Below are positions 54,141-64,000 of a stretch of DNA of 64,000 nucleotides, one piece after another. This DNA comes from Octopus vulgaris (Eukaryota), in contig OX597823.1 in NCBI GenBank assembly GCA_951406725.2, positions 4,402,001-4,466,000 of the forward strand. Direction: 5' to 3'. Made by a program: the position numbers and the translations under genes. The notes beneath the pieces were generated by a model. It worked only from the letters and a program-made list of their open reading frames with translations. It was not told the origin of the DNA and searched no databases. The number at the start of each line of letters is the position of its first letter. Positions within the stretch are counted from its first letter, which is position 1.

Positions 54141-54907
54141 TTAAATTCATTAAATTATAACGAGAGCTGGCAAGTAATATAACTGCAGCCAGTGTATGTG
54201 TCAAGAGAAAGCTTTATAACTTGAGAACCTCATTATTTATGGAGTAATAGGAAGCATCACGAGGTGGGTCTGTGATAAGATTGTTCAAATTGGCTGCTAA
54301 TGAGGCAGGAATGGCACTCAAAGAGATATGTAACTGTTGTTGTTCTGATGTGTTCTTGTTCACCATGAAATTTGCCTCCATTGGTGCGAACCAAACGCTT
54401 TACATCACCACTGAATACTGGCAACATAGAGTGACTGATGCCAACCAAAGAATGCAACACTAAGAAAGGAGTTCCAACATGCACAAGTCAGCAAAATATG
54501 GCAAGCACTGCTCTCACAGAAAAGGAACCACAAGTACTGCTAGCAAATCCAGGAAAACAACATAAATTTACGAAACAGGCCTGAATTTAATATCAATGGC
54601 AGTGAGCAGGATAATGAAATCCTAATCAAAGCAAGACATATGCTTTGGGCACCATTGTGCATACCTAAGGCATGACGAGGTCATGCATGAAAAAGAAAAG
54701 TCGACAAGAAGGGCTGCCATATTAAAAAAAAACAAATGTGTGTTTGTGTATCTGTGTTTGTCCCCCCAACATCGCTTGACAACCGATGCTGGTATGTTTA
54801 CGTCCCCGTTACTTAGCGGTTCGGCAAAAGAGACCGATAGAATAAGTACTAGGCTTACAAAGAATAAGTCCTGGAGTCTACCCTCTGTCTATATATAGGT
54901 CTAACAA

Positions 54908-55140
54908 AAGCGGCGAGCTGGCAGAAATGTTAACACGCCGGGCGAAATGCGTAGCCGTATTTCGTCTGCCATTACATTCTGAGTTCAAATTCTACCGAGG
55001 TCAACTTTGCCTTTCATCCTTTTGGGGTCGATAAATTAAGTACCAGTTACACACTGGGGTCGATATAATCAACTTAATCCGTTTGTCTGTGCTTGTTTGT
55101 CCCCTCTGTGTTTAGCCCCTTGTGGATAGTAAAGAAATAT
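54908..55140 (+). mobile_element. SINE family 2, near full length, with long target-site duplication
   Basis: tatatataggtctaacaaa(a)gc occurs on both sides (about 54890-54911 and 55140-55160). Confidence 0.85.
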
Positions 55141-56162
55141 ATATATAGGTCTAACAAAGCATCTATGAGCAGAGAGGTGAGCGATTTTCAGGAAGGTGGG
55201 TCATGCTATTTTCCTGCCGTTATTCCTCAGAACAGAATTAATATAACGGATCACATGTAACCAACGACGGCCAGAACTGAATTATCCAAAAGATGGATAA
55301 ACTATACAACCACCAGAATTCGTGATGTGTTTATTTTGTCCGCTGTATTATTTAACGGAGGAATAAAGTCTTGCTGTTATTTTTAAAGTTTGTCTCCTGT
55401 ATTATTTCCTCAAGTGAACACACAACATATGTATTGGTATGCAAGATTCCATAGTAAAACCAAGGGAGACTTTATACCAACACCATTAAATGTCTATTAT
55501 ATCCATGCATCTTTTATGCCATCAAATTTGGTAAATGCTAACTGTCCAGAGGTGGTCTGAATATAGCTGTTGTTAACACAAAAACCTACTTTACTGTTTT
55601 GTACATTGGAGTGGTTGGTGGTTAAGAGACATTTATTCTCAACATAATAACTTTGTTAGCTGAATTCAATTAAACCATCATCATCATCATCATCGTTTAA
55701 CGTCCGCTTTCCATGCTGGCATGAGTTGGACGGTTCAACCAGGTCTGGGAAGCCCGGAAGCTGCACCAGGCTCCAGTCTGATCTGGCAGTGTTTCTACAG
55801 CTGGATGCCCTTCCTAACTCCAACCACTCTGTGAGTGTAGTGAGTGCTTTTAACGTGCCACCACTCCTTGTATCTCAACTACAATTTCCATTTTATTTTT
55901 ATTTTGATGTTGATGTACTGAGTTTGAATGTATTATAGCAAAAAGCTAGTATGTTGAAGTTAGAGGGGTAGGGGGAACATAGACTACTAGTGATCTAGAG
56001 GTTTTAATGTTCCTTATCATGTAACATCCAGATTCTATATTAAGAAATTTAAGTAAATATTCTTTAGACAATTTCCTAAAGGATTTCAATAAATATTAGT
56101 ATCTTATATAGGGATAGAAAATATCGAAATCATTTCATATTTATATAAATATATATATATCC

Positions 56163-56628
56163 ATTTCTATTAATATATAATCATAATTAGCTAGTAAATG
56201 GTGATTTTTTTAATGGGTTGAATTAAAAGAAAATGTTATACATAATATTTACTAACTGTGGTAAAAAAAAAAAACCTTATTAATTTAGCACATATGTCAG
56301 GAGTCAATAAGATATATTAAAAAGTAATGAAAGGGAGGTAAACAAGATGAACCAAGTAATTTCTCTAGATATATAGAATTTTTTGCAGTTATTTCATATT
56401 AATATATCTCTATTTCTATTAATATAAAATCATAATTAGCTAGTAAATTGTGATTTGTTTTATTAATGAGTCGAATTAAAAGAATATGTTAGACATAATT
56501 TTTACTACTTGTGGAGTAAAAACTTTATCAATTTAGTAAAGATATCAGGAGTCGATAAGATATATTAAAAAGTAATGAAAGGAAGGTAAACAAGATGAAC
56601 CAAGTAATTTCCCTAGATATATAGAATT
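56163..56628. repeat. Tandem duplication, unit ~248 bp
   Basis: atttctattaatata...ctagatatatagaatt occurs twice. Confidence 0.85.
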
Positions 56629-58500
56629 CACGAAAAAATAAAAGACGAAGACAGGTGGTGTAGAAAACAAACAGATGTATTAGTATAACGCTCAGGAATA
56701 GAAAAAGTCCTTAACGTTTCGAGCCTATGCTCTTCCTCAGAAAGGAACACAGAAAGAAACAAGGAGAGAAAAAAATGTGTGTAGTGGCTAGAGGTGGTGA
56801 GAGTGGAGTGATGAATGCTGACCGAAATGTCAAGAGACAGAAGTGTCAGAGATAGTGCAGGAGAAGTGGAGGGGAAGATGGAAAGATTTGACAAAAGAAA
56901 GGAAGGAGTCTAGATGTGAGGTCACAATGATACAGTTGTCAATATAACAGCCATATAGTTCGGGAGTGGGGCCAGTGAATTGTGAGAATATTTGGGCCTC
57001 AACATAGCCAACGAACAGGTTCGCATAGTTGGGGCCCATTCTTAATCCCTTGGCCACTCCCGAAAACTGCTGGTAAAAATCACCAGTGAACAAGAAGCAG
57101 TTGAGTGAGAGGGCAAGTTCTGCCAGACAAAAGAATATGGATGTGTCGGGTTGGGAGTTGGGTCAAAGGTCAAGGAAATGTTGGAGTGCACACAGCCCCT
57201 CATGGTGAGAGATCACCGTGTAAAGGCTCTGGATGTCGAGAGTGAAGAGAAGTTTAGGGAAGCCAGATGGAAAGGAGAAAGAGTTGAACAAACGAAGTGC
57301 ATGGTTGGTGTCATGGATGTGAGAGGGGAGGGAAGCCACTCCGGGTGGGGGGGGGGATACGGTCAAGATATCTGGAGATGAGTTCGGTGGGGCAGTTGCA
57401 GGCAAAGACGAGGGGGCAGCCAGGGTTGTTATGTTTGTGGATTTTGGGAAGGAAGTAAATTGTGTGGTTGTGAGGGGTGTGGAGAATGAGGTTGGAGGCA
57501 GTGGGGGGAGACGGGAGGAGGAGATGAGGTCATGGATAGTGGATGACAGTCTGTTGGTAACTGGGTATGGGTCAGAGGGCAGTAAAAGGAGGTGTCTTGA
57601 AGTTGGCGGAGAGCTTCCTCCTTGTAGAGGTCTGCGCGCCACACCACCAGTGCTCCACCCTTGTCGGCCGGTTTTATGATGATGTCAGTGTGGCATCGGA
57701 GACATCGAGGGGCTGAGAGTTCGACTGGGGAGATGTTCAGATGACAGGGATGCCTGAAAAAGTGAAACCAGTCCACAGCGCGCTGGCAGGCACCCACAAA
57801 AAGATTGACTGCTTGGAGTTGGCCAGGGGCTGGCATCCACTGGGATGGTCAGTGGCCCAGGTCAGTGAAGCAGTCCTCCTCATTAGATGCAGGTGGAGGG
57901 GTCGGGGAAAAGTGCACAAAGCTGTGGATATCAGCACGAGTCTGAAATTCATTGCTGGAGTGAGTGGGGATGAAGCACAGACCCTGCTGAGGAGGGAGGA
58001 GCGCTCCACCTCAAAGAGGGGAAGATCTGGAGGAATGGTAACAACAGACTGAAGTGGAGAAGGGGTGGTGGGGATGGTGGAAGGCTGGGAGGGAAGGGAC
58101 GGGGGTAAGTGTGTGGGGTGGTTTGAGGGACGGGAGGTTTGGCGAAGGTGGGGAAGCATATCAGGGAGGGAGAGGGGTAGTGGCGTCGGGTGTGATGAAA
58201 TGGAGGAGTGAATTGAGTTTACGTTGTTTGGTGTGAGCAAGAAATTGATGAAAGAGAGGATTTAAATGAATTATGGAATGTAACGTGGTGTTGGCCATGG
58301 GAGGGCGGCGAGCGAGAGGAGAAGAAGACGGAAAAAGCAAGAGGGAGGAGGAGGTCGATGGAGAGATTAGAATGAATGGTGGCGCACATAAGGTGGTAGG
58401 ATGTAGTAGAGAGAATGTGTAGGATGGTTTTAGCAGAGAGGAGAGTGGGGTGGAAATAGAGGTGGAAACCTTTAGGGATGAGGCAGAGATGTAAGCAGCA
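56629..58500 (-). mobile_element. Penelope-like element (RT, internally deleted) with terminal repeat carrying a hammerhead motif
   Basis: IKPADKGGALVVW, LFTLDIQSLYTVISHHEGL and QQFSGVAKGLRMGPNYANLFVGYVE..YIDN motifs. Confidence 0.9.
56709..56744 (-). ncRNA. Minimal hammerhead ribozyme-like motif at the end of a Penelope element
   Basis: Reverse complement reads CTTT-CTGAGGA-AGAGC-ATAG-GCTC-GAAA-C-GTT-AAGG, adjacent to Penelope RT on the same strand. Confidence 0.62.
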
Positions 58501-58613
58501 ACTGGAAAATGAAATGTGACAACAGAAACGAATTATTTTTTAAATTTCTAGGGAAAGGTTAATAAAGGGCTGAAAGCAGCAGAAAGGGAATATGGAAAGG
58601 TGTTGTTTTAGGC

Positions 58614-58815
58614 CAGTGGTTTTCAACCAGGGTTCCGCCAGTACAGTCCAGGGGTTCCGCAAGAAGTTACAAAACTGCTAAAATCGGCAGTAATTTTTAA
58701 TTCTCCTGTGCAGATATGTCTGCATAAGACTTATTAAATTATTGCACAGGGGTTCCTTGAGCCAGTGGAATGTTTCCTTGGGGTTCCGCTCCAGCAAAAA
58801 GTTTGAAAACCACTG
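58614..58815. mobile_element. hAT-type MITE
   Basis: TIR CAGTGGTTTTCAA/TTGAAAACCACTG, 8-bp TSD TTTTAGGC/TTTTAGAC. Confidence 0.85.
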
Positions 58816-59066
58816 TTTTAGACGGTAATGAAAGTGGGGGATGATTGTAAAACGAGAAGAGAAGAGAAAGAAAGGAGAAAAGGGGGAGAGAAGGTAAATA
58901 AAGACATGGGGAGGAAAAATTCAAAAGGCTTGAGGAGAAAAAATATATATATATGAGAGGTGGGAGAAGAAAATAAAAACAAGGAAAGAAAGGATGAAGA
59001 TGGAAGAAATAGAGAAAAGGGGGAAGAAGGGGAGAAGAGAACATGAAAGGGAAAAAGAACGGGAGG

Positions 59067-59104
<38 letters not shown>

Positions 59105-59139
59105 GAGAGGTAACAAGGTAATAGGTGCTGATTTTTTTG

Positions 59140-59520
59140 AAGCACTCCGTCGGTTACGACGACGAGGATTCCGGTTGATCCGATCAACGGAACAGCCTTC
59201 TCATGAAATTAACGTGTAAGTGGCTAAGCACTCCACAGACACGTGTACCCTTAACGTAATTCTCAGGGATATTCAGCGTGACACAGAGAGTGACAAGGCC
59301 GGCCCTTTGAAATACAGGTACAACAGAAACAGGAAGTAAGAGTGAGAGAAAGTTGTGGTGAAAGAGTACAGCAGAGATCACCACCATCCCCTGCCAGAGC
59401 CTAGTGGAGCTTTACATGTTTTCGCTCAATAAATACTCACAACGCCCGGTCTGGGAATCGATACCGCGATCCTACGACTGCGAGTCCGCTGCTCTAACCA
59501 CTGGGCCATTGCGCCTCCAC
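59140..59520 (-). mobile_element. tRNA-derived SINE family 3, full length
   Basis: Head ggaggcgcaatggcccagtggttagagcagcggactcgcagtcg..tcgattccc is tRNA-like. Confidence 0.8.
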
Positions 59521-59687
59521 TAGGTGCTGATTAGCGAAAACAGTAAGAACAACCAGAGTAGGAAGAAGAGACAATAGGAAAAAGCAGAAAGTACACACAC
59601 ACACATACACGTATGAAACATACCTATATTTGTATGCGTGTATATATTTTTCCTGGCTTATGGACGTTTAGACGGCTTATGTGTTTA

Positions 59688-60072
59688 GGCGCAGGAGTGG
59701 CTGTGTGGTAAGTAGCTTGCTTACGAACCACATGGTTCCGGGTTCACTCACACTGCGTGAAACCTTGGGCAAGTGTCTTCTACTATAGCCTCGGGTCGAC
59801 CAAAGCCTTGCGGAAACTGAAAGAAGCCCGTCGTGTATATATATATATATATATATGTATATATGTGTGTGTGTGTCTGTGTTTGTCCCCTCAACATCGC
59901 TTGACAACTGATGGTGTGTATACGTCCCTGTAACTTAGCGGTTCGGCAAAAGAAACCGATAGAATAAGTACTAGGCATACAAAGAATAAGTCCCGGGGTC
60001 GATTTACTCGACTAAAGGCGGTGCTCCAGCATGGCCACAGTCAAATGACTGAAACAAGTAAAAGAGTAAAAG
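59688..60072 (+). mobile_element. SINE family 1
   Basis: Family consensus match. Confidence 0.88.
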
Positions 60073-60360
60073 GGTATATATATACATGTGTGTGTGTGTG
60101 TCCGTCCGTATATGTATGTATATATATGTATCTATATATGTATGTGTGTGTGTATATATATATATTATATTATATTATATTTGATATGTATACACACACA
60201 CACACGTAAGTCGTCTAAAAGTCCGTAAGTCAGAAAAAAGGTACACGCCTATATATCTGTCAATGGAGTGGGTGTGAGACTGTACAGCCCCGATTGCGTG
60301 TGCGCGAACGCGTTTGTATGTGTGTACGTACGTATGTATGTATGTATTGTGTTTGTGTGT

Positions 60361-60406
<46 letters not shown>

Positions 60407-60627
60407 CTTGCTCCCCTTAACCTTTTCTCGCAGGTCAGTGACAATGAATTGTTGTCATAACACAATTGACGAATGAAACGGCATTTCGAGAGCAGTCAAT
60501 AAATACATCGAGACTCAAAGCCAAGCTTCAATGCTTTCAGTCTCAGCCGTCAGAATAAGAGACCAAGTGAAAGAGACAGGTTGAACCAATCCCGCTTCTC
60601 TTCCCAGTTTACCTTCCACTCTTCAAC

Positions 60628-60682
60628 ATGAACCGAATCCTCCTCTGTTTCATAGCTATTTCTCTTCTCTCCATCTGTCAAT
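60628..60682 (+). CDS. Gene 2 first coding exon: signal peptide MNRILLCFIAISLLSICQ (+1 nt) of an unidentified secreted protein
   Basis: CAAC-ATG start context, basic N-terminus plus hydrophobic core, donor GTGAGT at 60683 (phase 1). Upstream CAATAAATA (60497) and Inr-like TCAGTC (60537). No downstream exon found in the window. Confidence 0.7.
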
Positions 60683-60981
60683 GTGAGTACACAACAATTA
60701 TTTCTTCATCTTACACTTGTATTTCTCTTGTGTAATTTAAAAGTAAAAAAAAAAAACGCTTTCAAACAGTTTTATATATGAGGAAATATTTATATTTATT
60801 TTATTTCATTTTGAATAGGTATTTATTTAGTTCTTGGGAAATTGGTCCATTATTATTCACGTTCTTCACAGTTTAAACTTTTTTTTAGGAATGAGTCAAA
60901 AATTTTATATTTAAATCACAGAATATATACGTCACAAAACTGGTTGTACACTTGTCATTTTTTTACATATGGTTAGATATT

Positions 60982-61040
<59 letters not shown>

Positions 61041-61071
61041 TATCTATCTATCTATTTATCTATCAATCTAT

Positions 61072-61692
61072 CTAAGGTCAATATCGTCACGCCTCCTTCC
61101 TTCAAATTTTCATCATACTTGTGGCTATGGCGAAAGAATGTATCTGGTGGACGCGTCTGAAAGGATTGGAGACAAACACTTTCCTCTCTGGTCAATCTCT
61201 CATCAACTTCTTCAAGTATCACCTGAAAAGGAAAGTGAGAGTAGAGAGGCAAGTTTTGTCCAGCGAATGTTTCAAAAAAAGATGGGTGAATGTAGCAAGG
61301 ATGGCACGTATGAATGACGAAGCCACCTTGAGTATGATCCTATGAACCCGGAAAAATTTAAAACAGAGAGTTACTTACTTGCAAATAAATGTGTTAACAT
61401 GTGACATTATTGACCGAGGTTGCCGTGGTCTTTTCCTTAGGCTTTTCTTTCCACGGATAAACCTCATCTGTTTCCCCACTTTATATCATGACATTTCTGT
61501 GATACACGATCCCTATTGATCTTTTTTTCTTTTCCTTTCTTTCCTCTTTCTCTTTCTTTTTTCTTTCCTTTTTACAGTCCCTTTTGATCGAAAACCTACC
61601 ACCACCTTTTTTTTTCTTTTCTCCCCAAAAGGAAAAGCTCTGCCTTGTAATTTGTCCCGTCTGTGTGCAGCCCTGTGTGGCTAATAAAGAAA
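61072..61692 (+). mobile_element. Tx1/L1-clade LINE 3' end inserted in a (CTAT)n tract, in intron 1 of gene 2
   Basis: AKECIWWTR...FFKYHLKRKVRVER...FKKRW C-terminus, pyrimidine-rich 3' UTR, AATAAA, (CTAT)n on both sides. Confidence 0.7.
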
Positions 61693-61694
61693 CA

Positions 61695-61709
61695 TATCTA
61701 TCTATCTGC

Positions 61710-61744
<35 letters not shown>

Positions 61745-61756
61745 TCTTTCTATCTA

Positions 61757-61815
<59 letters not shown>

Positions 61816-61840
61816 GTCTATCTATCTATCTATCTGTCTG

Positions 61841-61879
<39 letters not shown>

Positions 61880-61916
61880 GACTGTCTGTCTGTCGGTATG
61901 TATGTATATCTGTCTG

Positions 61917-61961
<45 letters not shown>

Positions 61962-61965
61962 ATGC

Positions 61966-62009
<44 letters not shown>

Positions 62010-62096
62010 ATGCCTATCTATCTATATGTCTATCTATCTATCTATCTATCTATTTATCTATTTATCTATCTATCTATATGACTATCTATCTATATG

Positions 62097-62170
<74 letters not shown>

Positions 62171-62192
62171 AATTTATCTATCTATTCATCTA
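61695..62192. repeat. (CTAT)n/(CTGT)n microsatellite
   Basis: Directly visible. Confidence 0.95.
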
Positions 62193-62214
62193 TGTGTGTG
62201 TATATGTATGTATA

Positions 62215-62945
62215 TCATCATCATCATCATCATCGTTTAACGTCCGTTTTCCATGCTAGCATGGGTTGGACGGTTCGACTGGGTCTGGGAAGCCAGGAGG
62301 CTGCACCAGGCTTCAATCTGATCTGGCAGCTGGATGCCCTTCTTAACGCCAACCACTCTGTGAGTGTAGTGGTTGCTTTTTGCATGCCACCAGCACAGGG
62401 CCAGGAGAGGCTGGCAACAGCCATGATCGGCTGGTGCTTTTTATGTGCCACCAGCACGGAAGCCAGTCAAGGTGGCGCTGGCATCGGCCATGTTCGTATG
62501 GTGCTTTTTACCTGCCACCGGCACAGGGATCACAACTACAATTTCCATTTGAGTTTTGATGTTGATGTACTTGACTCAATAGGTCTCCTCAAGCACAGCA
62601 GGTCGCCCTATGATCCAAGTTAAGCACAGCAGGCTGTCCTGCGATCCAAGGTACTTTGGATGGGCTGGGGTTTCTATGTGAAGCTGATGCAGGAAACAGC
62701 CATGAACTCACGCTATTTGTCGGGTCTTCGCAGTCACATCATACATCATATCTCCAGAGATCTCGGTCTTTTGTCATTGCCTCTGTGAGGCCCAACGTTC
62801 AAAGGTCATGCTTGACCACCTCATCCCATGTCTTCCTGGGTCTACCTCTACCCCAGATTCCTTCAACTGTTTGGGAGTGGCACTTCTTCAAACGTCTCTC
62901 CTCATCCATCCATAGTACATGACCATACCAGCGCAAACAACTCTC
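62215..62945 (-). mobile_element. RTE LINE 3' end
   Basis: LRWYGHVLWMDEERRLKKC..GRGRPRKTWDEVVKHDL plus 3' UTR. Confidence 0.88.
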
Positions 62946-63364
62946 TATATATGTATAGATATATATGTATACACACACACACACACACACACATACACAC
63001 ACACACACACACACATGTACACGTGTGTGTGTGTGTTTAGTAAGAGAGGGTGAGTGAGATTTATAAATTGGATATATAAAATAGATCAGTGAATGAAGCT
63101 TTTACATATCTCCCTTGATCTCTTGTTCACACAAATATACTTTATTCTTTAAACTTCCAACAAAAACTGATTTATTGTTGTCATAGCAACAGCCATCTAT
63201 TGGAAATACCAATGCCATAAACTGAAGATTTTACTTGGAATACTTTTTTCTGTTCTTTTTCTTTTCTCTTTTGTTTTTAGACAAAAATGTATCGGAAATG
63301 CATTATCAAGATTCTGCTTAACATTTAGAAGCGCATACTGCTGCACACATATGCACGTCGCACT

Positions 63365-63476
<112 letters not shown>

Positions 63477-63495
63477 TCAATAACTATCAATCAAC

Positions 63496-63880
63496 AGGAG
63501 TGGTGTGTGGTAAGTAGCTTGCTTACCAACCACATGGTTCCGGGTTCAGTCCCACTGCGTGGCACCTTGGGCAAGTGTCTTCTACTATAGCCTCGGGCCA
63601 ACCAAAGCCTTGTGAGTGGATTTGGTTGACGGAAACTGAAAGAAGCCCGTCATATATATGTATATATATGTATATGTTTGTGTTTGTCCCCCTAGCATCG
63701 CTTGACAACCGATGCTGGTGTGTTTATGTCCCCGTCACTTAGCGGTTCGGCAAAAGAGACTGATAGAATAAGTACTAGGCTTACAAAGAATAAGTCCTGG
63801 GGTTGAGTTGCTTGATTAAAGGTGGTGCTCCAGCATGGCGGCAGTCAAATGACTGAAACAAGTAAAAGAGTAAAAGAGTA
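63496..63880 (+). mobile_element. SINE family 1
   Basis: Family consensus match. Confidence 0.9.
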
Positions 63881-63904
63881 TATATATGTGTGAAAATATG
63901 TGTG

Positions 63905-63938
<34 letters not shown>

Positions 63939-64000
63939 TGTATGTATGTATGTATGCATGTATGTATGTGTGTGTGTATGTATGTTTGTATGTATGTATG

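Noticed and set aside
59440-59520. tRNA gene
   Set aside because: It is the tRNA-like head of a multi-copy SINE, without a complete cloverleaf acceptor stem.

Overview
Eukaryotic, AT-rich, intron-dominated animal DNA packed with microsatellites, three tRNA-derived SINE families, and fragments of RTE, CR1, Tx1, R4/HERO-type and Penelope retroelements, hAT and Tc1/mariner (DD37D) transposons. The repeat landscape suggests a coleoid cephalopod such as Octopus (inference). Almost all ORFs in the track are repeat artefacts. The main discovery is a spliced + strand gene the ORF track does not assemble. Three constant exons (6761-6773, 8497-8696, 11150-11225; signal peptide, amphipathic helices, one Cys) end in a phase-1 donor. 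They are followed by four paralogous, intact, phase-1 terminal exons (19528-19691, 31232-31410, 34789-34949, 38957-39117), each with its own stop codon and the motif CKAxxxExxTxLxxTCx5KxxIxCAx6L. The best model is one secreted protein of about 150 aa (C-X14-C-X14-C-X10-C, possibly anti-lipopolysaccharide-factor-like) with four mutually exclusive C-terminal cassettes. A ~120-bp inverted repeat brackets the first cassette and could control cassette choice. Also seen: the first coding exon of a second secreted protein (60628-60682) and four Penelope-type minimal hammerhead ribozymes with visible stem covariation. All gene models were read by eye and have no transcript support.
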